A DNA stretch of 64,000 nt from Patescibacteria group bacterium (GTDB lineage Bacteria; Patescibacteriota; WWE3; UBA101185; UBA10185). The stretch lies in assembly GCA_018825365.1 (NCBI GenBank), contig JAHJEV010000004.1, forward strand, positions 27,527-91,526, read 5' to 3'. The notes under the pieces were generated by a model. The model was not told the DNA's origin and did no database searches. It saw nothing but the letters and a program-made list of their open reading frames with translations. Positions 19,155 to 30,081 of the stretch are shown here, one piece after another (the stretch's first letter is position 1; each line of letters begins with the position of its first letter). A program made the translations under genes and the position numbers.

Positions 19155-19772
19155 TTAAATAAGGTTGTTAAAGAAAGAATATTCCAACTTTGAGCCAAAT
19201 ACTTCCTTAAAAACTAATTTAAGTTTTCTCGTTTCTGTTATCCCACTTTGCTTTTTCAGAAATTCAAAAAGCTTATCTTTCCCATAATTATCGACAAGAA
19301 GCTTAATGGCATTCCCGGATTCCTGATATATTCTCTTTCCGTTCAAAAACCCACTGAACTTTTTAGGCATCGGAAATCTATCTAATTGGCCTGCCACATA
19401 TATTGACACACCCTCGTTAAACCAAGTAAATTTGCTTTGTCCAAAAGCCATTTGGAAGAAGGAGTGGCCCAATTCGTGCTTGATAAGCTTTGCAATATCG
19501 TATTCCGAACCATTGTGACAGCTTTCTTTGGATATGTTTTTCGGGCTTAGAACAAAAATTGCCATTTTCCCCCAACTCCATCCTACGACCCAATTCTCAG
19601 TCCTCTCTTCTCTAAGCAAATCTATACTTTTTCTGTCATCTACTACAAACACTTTAGGAGTGTTATGAACCCACCTTTTATTGAAAAACTTATTAAGTTC
19701 CCTTATCGCTTTGTTTTTGTACCTTTGAAGTTTGGGATCAGCCAGGAGAGTAACTTTGAAGATGGAATTCAT
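19155..19772 (-). CDS. putative gluzincin metallopeptidase
   Basis: HELGH...WFNEG. Confidence 0.7.
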   Translation of the reverse strand: MNSIFKVTLLADPKLQRYKNKAIRELNKFFNKRWVHNTPKVFVVDDRKSIDLLREERTENWVVGWSWGKMAIFVLSPKNISKESCHNGSEYDIAKLIKHELGHSFFQMAFGQSKFTWFNEGVSIYVAGQLDRFPMPKKFSGFLNGKRIYQESGNAIKLLVDNYGKDKLFEFLKKQSGITETRKLKLVFKEVFGSKLEYSFFNNLI

Positions 19773-19866
19773 TTTTAGATATTACATTAACAATACTGTT
19801 ATTACAATTAAAAGCTGCGGTTGCCCACAAGGAACGAGTTCTAACTATAAGTGATAAAGATTGAAA

Positions 19867-20925
19867 TTATTGTGTGGCAGACTCTAACAATTCAATTTTT
19901 CTATTTGCTGGGTCAAACTGCACCTTTATTCCTAATGGCAGTATCCATTGTGGATCGGTATGCCCAAAGTCTAGATCTGTTACAACAAGCAAGTCGTTTC
20001 TTCCGAACTCTCCCTTAATTATCTTCAAAACTGATTCCCTAAGTTTCTGATTCAGTTCATCTGTATAATCTCTAGCTCTACCAAAAACAACACCATTTAT
20101 TTGATCAAAGATTCCTTGTATACCGTAATTTCTCAGCATATATTCAATGTTAGATATAGTTGGAACATCTTCAGATGTTTCAAAAAACAAAATTTTTCCT
20201 GTCCAAAAGTCTTTGGTCGGCCAGTATTTTGTGCCCTTAAGAAACTCAAGAACTTCAATACACCCTCCAAATAAAACACCTTCGATAGCTTCTTTACCTT
20301 GTAACCAACTATAAGGAGGAGATTTTATTGATTCTTTTATCAATCCAGTGTTATTTTTATTACCCCAATCCGGATATCCATTTGAAAAGGTGTCAAACTT
20401 TGGGTAGATATAATTACTTGAGTCTCCCATTAGAAGTGTTCTAATACCTTCGTGCCAGCTTTTTGGAAAACAACTTGCCTGAGAAAAACCTGCCATGATA
20501 GAGGAACCGTTAAATGTTACTAAACCCCATGAATTCAACAATGTTGTTAATGTCGCGGTATCACTATATCCTAACAATATTTTTGGGTTATTAACTATCA
20601 CTTCCTCTTTCAAATATTCAAGAATTCTTACGGAGTCGCTGCCACCAATAGAAGTAATAATTGCTTTTATATCTTTATTTGCAAACGCATCATTAATATC
20701 TTTGGCTCTTAATTCTGGGTGGTGATAAATTTTGTCTGCAGACATTCTTGCAGTTGGGTATTCAACTATCTCAAACTTTAGTTGTTCTGATAAATATTTT
20801 AGTCCATTTTCATATATATAGGGGTAAACTGATGGACCTCCCCAAGATGGGGACATGGTAGCAACTTTATCGCCTTTTTTTAACCTTTTTGGTTTTATAA
20901 ACGTCACAATGGAATGATACCGCAA
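19867..20925 (-). CDS. S66 family LD-carboxypeptidase / MccF-like
   Basis: IGGSDS, GYSDTA, LFFETSE, DFGHTDP. Confidence 0.92.
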   Translation of the reverse strand: MRYHSIVTFIKPKRLKKGDKVATMSPSWGGPSVYPYIYENGLKYLSEQLKFEIVEYPTARMSADKIYHHPELRAKDINDAFANKDIKAIITSIGGSDSVRILEYLKEEVIVNNPKILLGYSDTATLTTLLNSWGLVTFNGSSIMAGFSQASCFPKSWHEGIRTLLMGDSSNYIYPKFDTFSNGYPDWGNKNNTGLIKESIKSPPYSWLQGKEAIEGVLFGGCIEVLEFLKGTKYWPTKDFWTGKILFFETSEDVPTISNIEYMLRNYGIQGIFDQINGVVFGRARDYTDELNQKLRESVLKIIKGEFGRNDLLVVTDLDFGHTDPQWILPLGIKVQFDPANRKIELLESATQ

Positions 20926-21006
20926 CTCGAATTTAGTGTAAATAAAGGTAAAAATACCCGAGGGATTGGACTCTATACTATCTTCCTTTAAATCCCATTA
21001 TTATCC

Positions 21007-22635
21007 CTAACTTTTTGCAACGATAGGAAGTCCCCCATCAAAAGCCTCAAGAATAGACTTCTTATCAACACTCACAGGAATAGAAATATTCATATCAGTC
21101 AAAATTCCCGACTCGCCTTTCTTCAATTTCTTTGGTTTGTCGGCACTTATTACACACTTCGCCCCAAGGCATATCCCAAAAACCGACTTACTCAAATCCT
21201 CAAGAATTTTTCGGGTTCTCATGCTTTCCAATCTTTCTTTGTGGAACGGGTAAAAAACCTCAAGAATCAATAAATTTCCCTCAACACCAACAGGCTTGCT
21301 TGAATTTAAAAGCGCGGTCAAGGAGTGATTCAAATCTCTACTCTTCTTAACAAACATGTCCCACTTTGTCATAACTTTTTTAAGAGAAATAACCGGTTTT
21401 GTGATTTTTTCCTTTTCGACATTCTTACTTTTTTCCACCCTTTTTTCTTTCAAAGCTTTTTCGATCTCAGGAGATTTTTTTGACTCTGAAATTTTTGTTT
21501 CCCCCATCTCTTTTGACTTTGGTCCATTTTTGTCTTCGGGCCCGTCACGACCCTCTCCGCCAGTCACATCTTCATCATCATTTTTTCCACAAATCTCAAC
21601 CACGGCTAATTCAACCGGAAGCTGGGGAATAAAGGAACTTCTGATATTTTTATGAGCCTCAAGTAAAATTCCAACCGTCTTAATAAGCCACCCCATCTCA
21701 ACTTTCTTTGCCTGCTGCCTTGTCGCTTCAACAATCTCATCCGTAACCTCTGCCGTACCCTCAGGAACACCTGATTTCACAAAAAGTAACGTTCTTAAAT
21801 ACTTTAAAAGCTCCCCTACCCAAACATAAAGATCTATCCCCTCTCCGTAAACATCACTAATGATATCCAAGGCTTTAGAAGCTTTACCGGCAATAAGTAA
21901 ATCAACACATTCAATATATTTTTCTTTTGAACTGGTACTTAACAGGGAATCCACACTTATTTCTCCCTCAGCAACCTGCTGAAGTAGTGTTTCTGCGTCT
22001 CTAAAGCCCCCCAGCGACGCCTCAGCTATCTTTTTAAGCTCCACGTCGGATATCTTTATCTCCTCACTTTTTACTATTTGCTTTAACTTCTCTAGTATCT
22101 GTGGAACACTCGCCCTTTTGAATCTAAAAACCTGACATCTTGATTTTATAGTCGCTGGAACTTTATGATCCTCCGTGGTACACAAAATAAAATTGGTGTT
22201 TCTTGGTGGTTCCTCCAGGGTTTTTAACAAAGCATTGAAAGCCTCGGTAGTAAGCATATGAACTTCATCTATGATATAAACTTTTTTCTTTCCCATTGTT
22301 GGGGCTAGCTTTATCCTATCTTTTAGCTGCCTTATATCGTCAATCCCCCTGTTGCTTGCAGCGTCTATTTCAATAAGATCCACAAAAGATCCGATTTTGA
22401 TGGATTCGCAATTGCTGCATTTATCACAGGGTTCTCCGCTTGCTTTTGGTTTTAGACAATTTAAGGATTTTGCAAGAATTCTGGCAAGTGTCGTTTTACC
22501 TGTTCCTCTTGGCCCGACAAAAAGATAAGCATGCACAGTTTTTCCTGACTGCAGCTGCTTAGAAAGCACATCTGCAGCTTCGTTAGGACGACAAACTTCA
22601 CTGAATTTTTGCGGGCGATATTTTGTATAGAACAT
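21007..22635 (-). CDS. dnaX: DNA polymerase III subunit gamma/tau
   Basis: KYRPQKF, GPRGTGKT, EIDAASNRG, IIDEVHML, SRC. Confidence 0.97.
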   Translation of the reverse strand: MFYTKYRPQKFSEVCRPNEAADVLSKQLQSGKTVHAYLFVGPRGTGKTTLARILAKSLNCLKPKASGEPCDKCSNCESIKIGSFVDLIEIDAASNRGIDDIRQLKDRIKLAPTMGKKKVYIIDEVHMLTTEAFNALLKTLEEPPRNTNFILCTTEDHKVPATIKSRCQVFRFKRASVPQILEKLKQIVKSEEIKISDVELKKIAEASLGGFRDAETLLQQVAEGEISVDSLLSTSSKEKYIECVDLLIAGKASKALDIISDVYGEGIDLYVWVGELLKYLRTLLFVKSGVPEGTAEVTDEIVEATRQQAKKVEMGWLIKTVGILLEAHKNIRSSFIPQLPVELAVVEICGKNDDEDVTGGEGRDGPEDKNGPKSKEMGETKISESKKSPEIEKALKEKRVEKSKNVEKEKITKPVISLKKVMTKWDMFVKKSRDLNHSLTALLNSSKPVGVEGNLLILEVFYPFHKERLESMRTRKILEDLSKSVFGICLGAKCVISADKPKKLKKGESGILTDMNISIPVSVDKKSILEAFDGGLPIVAKS

Positions 22636-22725
22636 AACTGCCTAAAAAATAGTATAGAACCTACAGATTTCCAAACCACTAATGATGGTTGAAATAAATA
22701 TTAAATGATGACGAGAAAACGGGAC

Positions 22726-23223
22726 TTAAAAAACAATTTCTGAAACTTTGCTTTTAATTTTTTCCAACTGCTCGTCAGTAAAATTTTGCAATACCCAATC
22801 ATCCGTGGGAATATTTTTATCTTCTGATTTTCCCACCCCTACCCTAATTCTCCAAAAATCCTGCGAGGAAAGTTTCTCGATAATACTTTCCACCCCCTTA
22901 TGGCCTGCGGAGCTTACACCAAGTTGTTTTTTGATTTCCCCAAACTGTAAATCTACATCATCATGAATAACTACTAAATCACTAGTATCTACTTTGTAAA
23001 AATTTAAAATCTTAAAAACGGCTTCGCCTGATTTATTCATGTAAGTCTGAGGTTTAGCTAATATAAAATCTTTTGAAACGGCTATTTCTGCGTTAAATTT
23101 TGAGGAGTTTTCCCAGGACAGTGAGTTTTTTGATGCGATTTCGTCAACAATAATAAAACCCGTGTTATGTCTGTTTTTGAAGTATTTTTCTCCGGGATTA
23201 CCCAGTCCTACAATTAGTTTCAT
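22726..23223 (-). CDS. pth: peptidyl-tRNA hydrolase
   Basis: LIVGLGNPG, RHNTG, KPQTYMNKSG, HDDVD. Confidence 0.96.
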   Translation of the reverse strand: MKLIVGLGNPGEKYFKNRHNTGFIIVDEIASKNSLSWENSSKFNAEIAVSKDFILAKPQTYMNKSGEAVFKILNFYKVDTSDLVVIHDDVDLQFGEIKKQLGVSSAGHKGVESIIEKLSSQDFWRIRVGVGKSEDKNIPTDDWVLQNFTDEQLEKIKSKVSEIVF

Positions 23224-23549
23224 TTTTCATCCTTTGAAACTTCAGGATCTTCATGGTCTATACCTAAAAGGTGTAAAACCCCATGTCCGACTAAATCTGA
23301 TATTTCCTGCTCAACAGAATTGCCATATTCTTTGCACTGCCTCTGCGCCTGCTCTTTGTTCACGACAACATCTCCCAAATAATATGTTCCGTCCTCCTGC
23401 TCTTGGTTGATATCAAAGGATAAAACATCTGTGGGGAAATCTTTTTTTCTGTACTTATTGCTTAGTTTTTTTATTTCCTCATCACTAACAATACTCACAG
23501 AAACATACAGTTTTTTCTTCCCCAGGAAATCTTTTGCTTTTGAGTTCAT
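23220..23549 (-). CDS. ybeY: rRNA maturation RNase YbeY
   Basis: PTDVLSF, LGDV, HGVLHLLGIDH. Confidence 0.93.
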   Translation of the reverse strand: MNSKAKDFLGKKKLYVSVSIVSDEEIKKLSNKYRKKDFPTDVLSFDINQEQEDGTYYLGDVVVNKEQAQRQCKEYGNSVEQEISDLVGHGVLHLLGIDHEDPEVSKDEK

Positions 23550-23558
23550 AGATCTAAA

Positions 23559-23891
23559 TTACTTTCCCCTATTTGCCATTGGGTTTGGGGTTTCAAGATC
23601 AAACGGGAACAATTTAGCAAACTCCAAATAAACCCCAAGCTCTGCTTTTTCTTTTTCCAAAAGGTCGGTTCTTCCAGCCTTTTCGCATGTTTCAATGCCT
23701 TCTTTTCTGTTTTTGACCTCTTTTCTAAGTACTTTAAACACATCTTCATCAGTCATTTCTTTTTTCTGACCGAAAAGCTCAATCTCTTTGTTTTTTACCT
23801 GGGAAAAGAAAAACCTCAACACACCCAACCTTAGGGTGTCACCAGCTTTTTGATATTCTACAAGTTTAGATCTTAAATCATCTATTACCAT
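23559..23891 (-). CDS. GatB/YqeY domain protein
   Basis: KAGD..RLGVLR...KNKEI...GRTDL..KE.AEL; next to rpsU. Confidence 0.88.
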   Translation of the reverse strand: MVIDDLRSKLVEYQKAGDTLRLGVLRFFFSQVKNKEIELFGQKKEMTDEDVFKVLRKEVKNRKEGIETCEKAGRTDLLEKEKAELGVYLEFAKLFPFDLETPNPMANRGK

Positions 23892-24080
23892 CTATTTATT
23901 TCTTTCCAAATAAAATCTTCTTTTTAGTTCTTTAGATTTTCTTCGTTTTACCTCACTTGGCTTAACATAATGTTCTCGATCTTTTAACTCCTGAAGTATT
24001 CCGGCTCGAAGTACCTCTTTGTTAAATCTTCTTAACGCTTGATCTAAACTCTCGCCGTGTCTTACTTTAACTTTTGTCAT
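23892..24080 (-). CDS. rpsU: 30S ribosomal protein S21
   Basis: ESLDQALRRF...REHYVKPS. Confidence 0.93.
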   Translation of the reverse strand: MTKVKVRHGESLDQALRRFNKEVLRAGILQELKDREHYVKPSEVKRRKSKELKRRFYLERNK

Positions 24081-24468
24081 ATTATTTCATCAAATATTAT
24101 GCTCGAGCTTATCACTCAAAGCATCTGTTTGATATGGTCTGTAAAAACAGACCGGCAGAAAACACCTCCAAACCTTTATTTTAAATTGCTATTACAATAA
24201 ACGTACAGCACATCTCGCCTAATATTCTGTCTTCCTCTATTAGCAGTCTTTAATATTAACTGCCGCTAGATGTGACGCTAGATATTAATTTCAGTCAAAT
24301 GCGATTAGAAAATACAGTATAGAGAAATTAAATTTTCAATATACATATAAAGTATAATCACACACGTAAGACAAATGCAAAACTTATACCACGAAGATTA
24401 AATTGAAACAACAACTAATAGGTCTCCTGCTCATTTTGTTGAGATGAAAACATTTTGTGCGCAAAATA

Positions 24469-25632
24469 TTATAAAGACAGGTCTTTAAGAGTTATTAAAA
24501 GCATGAGCCCGAGAAGTATATACATACCTACTTTATGGACATTCGCCTCAAAGGAAGGTTTTACTCTCTTTCTGGTAATCATTTCGTAAACTTTAAACGC
24601 GATTCTGCCGCCGTCTAGCGCCGGGATTGGCAAAATATTGCTAAAGGCAAAACCCAAAGATATGATGGCAAGCGTATCTATTACACTTAACGCTAGTTTC
24701 GATCCACCAGCTTTAAACACACTTACCATAATATTAAAAACCCCAACCGGCCCAACCATAGTTTCCGAAACAGGCCCTACACTTTTGTCTTGAACCGAAA
24801 TTCCAATAATTTTTCCAAAGGATATCAATGAGTAGCTTAAAAGATTATATGCATGCAGGGGTCCTGAAAATATCTTCTCCAAGGTACTGTCATAAGAAAT
24901 AGATTTAGCTTCCCCGGTATAAACGCCAATAATACTGTCGCCCTCACTTGCACTCTCCGGCTTTAAGTTAGGTTTTGGAGTTACAGTGTAACTTTCTATC
25001 TTGGTGTAACTCCTATCTCTCATATCCAAAGCTTCAATCTTAACCGATAAACCTGATTTCCCCATCAAAGCTTCTCTCTCATCCTGGATATTTTTAATTT
25101 CCTGGCCGTCAATTCTAATAATCGCCTCTCCTATCTGCATACCCGCTTCCTTAGCTGCAGAATCATCCGTCATGTCAAAAATTACTGTGTTGTATGAGTG
25201 TTCGGTTCCAAATCTGAACTCATGATCAAAAATCATAGGAATATAAAAGCTTTTAAAGCCATTGACAAAGAAGAATATGTAAAACAGGAAAACTGCCACT
25301 AGGGTATTCATTATTATTCCAGCTGTTAGTATCAAAGCTTGAATTCTTGGAGGTTTTGAGATAAAGCTTCCCGGATCTTTAACATACTCTTTTTCTTCTT
25401 TGTCACTTTCGACTTCCTCTCCTGCAATTCTTACAAACCCACCTAAAGGAAGTACATTTATAGAATACAAAGTCTCACCAATCTTTCTGCCCCATATTCT
25501 TGGAGGGTACCCGATCCCAAACTCCTCCACCCTCACACCATTTTTTCTTGCAGCAATAAAGTGACCAAACTCATGTATGAGAATTAATGAAGAAAGGACC
25601 AGAATGATTAAAATAAATGTGAGAAAGGTCAT
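24469..25632 (-). CDS. rseP: RIP metalloprotease RseP (M50 with PDZ)
   Basis: HEFGH, PLGGFV, NILPIPALDGG. Confidence 0.92.
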   Translation of the reverse strand: MTFLTFILIILVLSSLILIHEFGHFIAARKNGVRVEEFGIGYPPRIWGRKIGETLYSINVLPLGGFVRIAGEEVESDKEEKEYVKDPGSFISKPPRIQALILTAGIIMNTLVAVFLFYIFFFVNGFKSFYIPMIFDHEFRFGTEHSYNTVIFDMTDDSAAKEAGMQIGEAIIRIDGQEIKNIQDEREALMGKSGLSVKIEALDMRDRSYTKIESYTVTPKPNLKPESASEGDSIIGVYTGEAKSISYDSTLEKIFSGPLHAYNLLSYSLISFGKIIGISVQDKSVGPVSETMVGPVGVFNIMVSVFKAGGSKLALSVIDTLAIISLGFAFSNILPIPALDGGRIAFKVYEMITRKRVKPSFEANVHKVGMYILLGLMLLITLKDLSL

Positions 25633-25642
25633 AACACCAAAG

Positions 25643-26212
25643 CTAGATTGTCATTAGCTCCTCTTTTTTGTCGTTTCCAAGTTTATCCGCCTGATCAATA
25701 AAATCTTTAACGGTCTTTTCGACCTCTTCTTTCTGCTTAAATTTTTCGTCTTCGCCGATTATCTTTTCCGTAAAATCTTTTTCTATATCTTTCATTGCAT
25801 CCTGCCTAATATTTCTAATTGAGTTTTTGCAGATCTCAACTTTTTCGGACACATCTTTGGTGAATTCTTTTCTTCTTTCTTCGGTTAAGGCTGGTACTGT
25901 AACTCTTATTCTGTCGGCTTCTTTTGCCGCCCCAAGACCTAGATTACTGTTTCTCACTCCACTTATTACTGCGTCCATAGTACTTTTGTCCCACGGAATG
26001 ACAGCAAGGTTGTGTGGATCCATAACGGTTATAGAACCAATCTCTTTTATGGTCATTATGCTTCCGCTGTAAACCTCAACTGAGATATCTGCAATAAGTG
26101 CCGGAGAGACTCTTCCTGTTCTTATTTGGGAAAGTTCTGATTTTAAAAATTCAACTGACTTACTAAGTTTCGATTTTAAATCGGAGGTGTTCATATATCT
26201 GAATAATAGCAA
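25643..26212 (-). CDS. frr: ribosome recycling factor
   Basis: IRTGR, PALTEERRKE, IRNIRQD. Confidence 0.96.
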   Translation of the reverse strand: MLLFRYMNTSDLKSKLSKSVEFLKSELSQIRTGRVSPALIADISVEVYSGSIMTIKEIGSITVMDPHNLAVIPWDKSTMDAVISGVRNSNLGLGAAKEADRIRVTVPALTEERRKEFTKDVSEKVEICKNSIRNIRQDAMKDIEKDFTEKIIGEDEKFKQKEEVEKTVKDFIDQADKLGNDKKEELMTI

Positions 26213-26221
26213 AAAAGGAGT

Positions 26222-26680
26222 TTATTCTCCAACAGAAAACTTCGTGAATTTCACTATTTCTATTTTCTCACCAGTTTTGGCTGAAGTTTCGTTCACAAGG
26301 TCCTGGATTTTTTTGGAGGGGTCTCTAATGTATTCAGACTCCAAAAGTTTCTCAACGCTGTCAAGGTCTTCTGTGCAAACCTGCATTGAAACCTCCTGGC
26401 AAAGCTTTTTAAAATCATCTGTTTTGGCAACAAAATCGGTCTCACAGCCAATTAAAACAAGACTTCCGACCTTCCCACCGTTGTGAATATATGAAAAAAC
26501 CAAACCATCTTTTGCCACTCTGTCTGACTTTTTAGCTGCTTTTGAAGCTGCCCTTTTCATAAGTTCCTCCTTAGCTTTATCAAAATCTCCACTGGTTTCT
26601 TCCAGCATGCTTTTGATTTCCAAAATACCAGCGCCTGTTTCTTCTCTTAAGCGTTTAAGTTTTTCAACGTCAATTGCCAT
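26222..26680 (-). CDS. tsf: elongation factor Ts (short form)
   Basis: LREETGAG, CETDFVAK. Confidence 0.95.
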   Translation of the reverse strand: MAIDVEKLKRLREETGAGILEIKSMLEETSGDFDKAKEELMKRAASKAAKKSDRVAKDGLVFSYIHNGGKVGSLVLIGCETDFVAKTDDFKKLCQEVSMQVCTEDLDSVEKLLESEYIRDPSKKIQDLVNETSAKTGEKIEIVKFTKFSVGE

Positions 26681-26692
26681 AAAATCTCCTTT

Positions 26693-27610
26693 TTAAATTT
26701 TACTCACTTTTTTCTTCTTCACCACTTTCTTTTCTTCTTCCGGTTTATCTTCAGCTACCTTTGCCTTTTCTGCTTTTTCCTCTTCCAGTTTTTCAGCTAC
26801 TTCTTTTGCAATCTTTTCGGCTTCTTTAGCTATTCTTTCAACCTCTTTAGCTGCCTCTTCTGCCGCCTCTTTGGCTTCTTTTTCTCTTTGTTTTTCAAGT
26901 TTTTCAGCAGCTTTTCCAAACTCCTTATAACCTTCCTCTATCGCTTCCGATATGGCTTTAACGATAAGTGCCACTGATTTTATAGCATCATCATTTGCAG
27001 GTATCGGGTAACTTACTTCCGTTGGATTTGCGTTTGTATCGACAATGGAAACCACCGGAACATTTGATATCTTTGCCTCTCTGATTGCCGTTTTTTCCCT
27101 TTTAGGATCTATGACAAACAGGACTTGCGGGGCATCTTTAAGATCAACTATACCTCCGTATGCGATAGTTAATTTTTCAATATCTCTGTCGATCCAAAGC
27201 CTCTCCTTTTTTGTGTAAATATCAAACTTCCCCTCTTGCTTTCCTTTGATCATGTCCAAAAGTTTGCTTAAATTCTTTTTAATAGTTTCAAAATTTGTAA
27301 TGGTTCCGCCCACCCATCTTTCATTTACATATTTCGCACCGCACCTTTTTGCCTCATTTTCTATAATATCTTTAGTCTGTCTTTTTGTTCCGACAAAAAC
27401 TATTGATTTGCCTAATTTTGCCTGCTCAAATAGAAACTCACAGGCTTTTTTTAAGCATTCTTCTGTTTTTTCAAGATCAATTATGTGGGTGTTTTTGTTT
27501 ACAGAATATATATAAGGCTCCATTTTTGGATGCCATCTTCTTACTTGATGACCAAAATGAGCTCCCGCGTCGAGCAGGTCTTGGATACTAGGTATTTTAT
27601 ATTTTGGCAT
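26693..27610 (-). CDS. rpsB: 30S ribosomal protein S2 with charged C-terminal extension
   Basis: AGAHFGH, WHPKM, FVGTK, RWVGGTITN, PANDDA. Confidence 0.97.
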   Translation of the reverse strand: MPKYKIPSIQDLLDAGAHFGHQVRRWHPKMEPYIYSVNKNTHIIDLEKTEECLKKACEFLFEQAKLGKSIVFVGTKRQTKDIIENEAKRCGAKYVNERWVGGTITNFETIKKNLSKLLDMIKGKQEGKFDIYTKKERLWIDRDIEKLTIAYGGIVDLKDAPQVLFVIDPKREKTAIREAKISNVPVVSIVDTNANPTEVSYPIPANDDAIKSVALIVKAISEAIEEGYKEFGKAAEKLEKQREKEAKEAAEEAAKEVERIAKEAEKIAKEVAEKLEEEKAEKAKVAEDKPEEEKKVVKKKKVSKI

Positions 27611-27814
27611 TTTTTAATTTTATGAGGGAAAATGCGAAGGTGAGTGATTAGCCTTCTAATCAAATCGATCGGATTCCCCTCTTTTCCTTTTGAAACCAAC
27701 TAAATGTTTGTTTCTCACCTAAGCCCGTAAAACGGGAGAGAGATTCAGGTCAGGTGTAAGTTATCATACGAGGGTTAGTTTGGCAATGACGTTAATAAAC
27801 CCCTGCCCTCTTTC

Positions 27815-29983
27815 TTATATTAATGAGGTAACAGACTCCCTCTTCTTTCCTCTTTTTACCTTTTCACCATCCCCTTCTAGCTTTGGGTTTTTCCAGCTAC
27901 TGTAATCACAATCCGGGTATCTGCTACACCCGAAAAAGTTCCTTCTTTTGGCTTTTTTGATAACTACATCGCCCTTTCCACACTTAGGACATTTCATGCC
28001 AATCTTATCCATAAAATTCTGGGTGGTTTTACACTTGGGATAGTTACTACACGCTATAAACTTTCCAAATCTTCCCTGTTTTAAAATCATTAGACCGTCC
28101 TCGCAGTTCGGACACTTGCCATAATCCTTCTTTTCATCTTCGCCACCTCCCGTTTCCCCGGCCAAAGGTTTTGCATATTTGCAATCCGGATACCCCGAGC
28201 AACTTAGGAATTTCCCATACTTCCCAAGTTTAAAGACTAATGTTTTACCACAATCCGGACATTTTTCATCACTATCTCCAAGATTTGTGACTTCTCTTTT
28301 GGAAAGAGACTTATCTTTTTCTTCTAATATTTTGATGAAAGGTTCATAAAATTCTCTGATAAGAGGAACCCACTTTTTCTTTCCTTCCGCTACTTGATCT
28401 AGATTTGCCTCCATATCGGCGGTAAAGCTAAAATCAACAATGTTGGGAAAATGTTCGACTAAAAGGTCTACCACAACATAAGCAACATCTTTTGGTAAAA
28501 ATGCCTTGCCTTCTTTTTCAACATATCCTCTTGTCTGAATAGTCGTTAGTGTTGGAGCGTATGTAGAAGGTCTACCAACCCCAATCTCCTCCATCTTTTT
28601 TATAAGAGTTGCATCTGTGTACCTAGCCAGTGGTTGTGTGAAATGCTGTTCGGATGTTAGTGATTTTAATACCAACATGTCATTTCCTGACAAATTGGGT
28701 AATTGAATTTGAGCGTCGTCCCCATTAGACTCAATTCCCAAAAACTTCCCTACTACGTGCCACCCATCAAACTTAACTTGGGAGCCGATGGCCTTAAAAA
28801 GATACCCTTTACCTGAAATCACGCTCACTGAAGTCTGATCATAAACTACAGGCTCCATCTGACACTCAAGAGATCTTTTCCAAATAAGTGAGTAAACTTT
28901 TAACTCATCCGGCTTTAGTTTTTTGCCGCTTTTTCCCGGTATGAAAAGCACATTCGTTGGTCTTATCGCTTCATGGGCCTCTTGTGCGTTTTTGGACTTT
29001 GTTTTGTAAAAAACTCCTTTTTCAGGCAAATAACTCTTCCCAAATTGACTTCCTATAAAATCTCTCGCGCTATTTACGAAAGCTGGAGACAAACTAAGCG
29101 AGTCGGTTCTATGGTAAGTAATGTATCCCTCTTCAAACAAAGATTGTGCGGCTAACATGGTTCTTTTAGCGGTAAATCCAAAGACATTTGAGCCGGCCTG
29201 CTGCAGCGCTGATGTGCTCAAAGGAGCGTAAGGTCTTATCTCTCTTTTTGATTTTTGAATAGAAGAAACCAAAAACGTATCATCTCTTAGGTCATCCTCA
29301 AGTTTTTTTGCACTCTCTTTATTTGCTATTTCAAGTTTTTTATCCTGCTTTTCAGCTAACTGAGCTTCAAAATTCTCTTTCCCGTTGGTTTCAAAAAGAC
29401 CTTTCATTGTCCAGTATTCTTCAGGCTTAAACACCTGTCTTTCTCTTTCTCTTTCAACAACCAAGCGTACAGCAACGCTTTGAACCCTTCCGGCAGATAA
29501 TCCATACATTACTTTTTTCCATAAGAGGGGAGACAATTTGTAACCAACAAGACGATCCAGCACTCTTCTTGCCTGTTGGGCATCTACCAAATCCATATTT
29601 ATTTCACCGAGTTTTGAAAAAGCTTCTTTTACTGCGGATTCTGTTAACTCATGAAAAACTACCCTTCCGAATTTTAAATTTCCCTTTTTGGGTTTCAAAA
29701 GCTCCTCTAAATGCCACGCAATAGCCTCGCCCTCCCGATCGGGGTCTGTTGCAAGAATTATTTCCTCAGCATCCTTGGCTTGCTTTTTAAGAAGGGTGAT
29801 GGTTTTTTTGGCTTTAGCAGGGACGGCATATTCAGGTTCATAATTATGCTCAATATCAACACCTAATCCACTTTTAGGAAGATCCCTAATATGTCCCATT
29901 GACGCTTCTATTTTGTAATCCTTTGGCAGGATTGTTGATAGAGTCTTGGCCTTTGTGGGTGACTCGACAATTACCAATTTCAT
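27815..29983 (-). CDS. topA: DNA topoisomerase I
   Basis: IVESPTKA, ATDPDREGE, SAGRVQS, ITYHRTDS, three C-terminal Zn ribbons. Confidence 0.97.
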   Translation of the reverse strand: MKLVIVESPTKAKTLSTILPKDYKIEASMGHIRDLPKSGLGVDIEHNYEPEYAVPAKAKKTITLLKKQAKDAEEIILATDPDREGEAIAWHLEELLKPKKGNLKFGRVVFHELTESAVKEAFSKLGEINMDLVDAQQARRVLDRLVGYKLSPLLWKKVMYGLSAGRVQSVAVRLVVERERERQVFKPEEYWTMKGLFETNGKENFEAQLAEKQDKKLEIANKESAKKLEDDLRDDTFLVSSIQKSKREIRPYAPLSTSALQQAGSNVFGFTAKRTMLAAQSLFEEGYITYHRTDSLSLSPAFVNSARDFIGSQFGKSYLPEKGVFYKTKSKNAQEAHEAIRPTNVLFIPGKSGKKLKPDELKVYSLIWKRSLECQMEPVVYDQTSVSVISGKGYLFKAIGSQVKFDGWHVVGKFLGIESNGDDAQIQLPNLSGNDMLVLKSLTSEQHFTQPLARYTDATLIKKMEEIGVGRPSTYAPTLTTIQTRGYVEKEGKAFLPKDVAYVVVDLLVEHFPNIVDFSFTADMEANLDQVAEGKKKWVPLIREFYEPFIKILEEKDKSLSKREVTNLGDSDEKCPDCGKTLVFKLGKYGKFLSCSGYPDCKYAKPLAGETGGGEDEKKDYGKCPNCEDGLMILKQGRFGKFIACSNYPKCKTTQNFMDKIGMKCPKCGKGDVVIKKAKRRNFFGCSRYPDCDYSSWKNPKLEGDGEKVKRGKKRESVTSLI

Positions 29984-30081
29984 AATTTTAACTTTTAAAT
30001 AATACCATGAAGTAAAAATATCAAAGCGAAGTGCTTTTTTCAGAACAATAAATATTATCAGAAAAATGCTAAAATAACGGC

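Noticed and set aside
21430-21460. dnaX programmed -1 frameshift
   Set aside because: The A-run reads GAA AAA AGG, not the A AAA AAG phase, and no clear stimulatory hairpin was seen.
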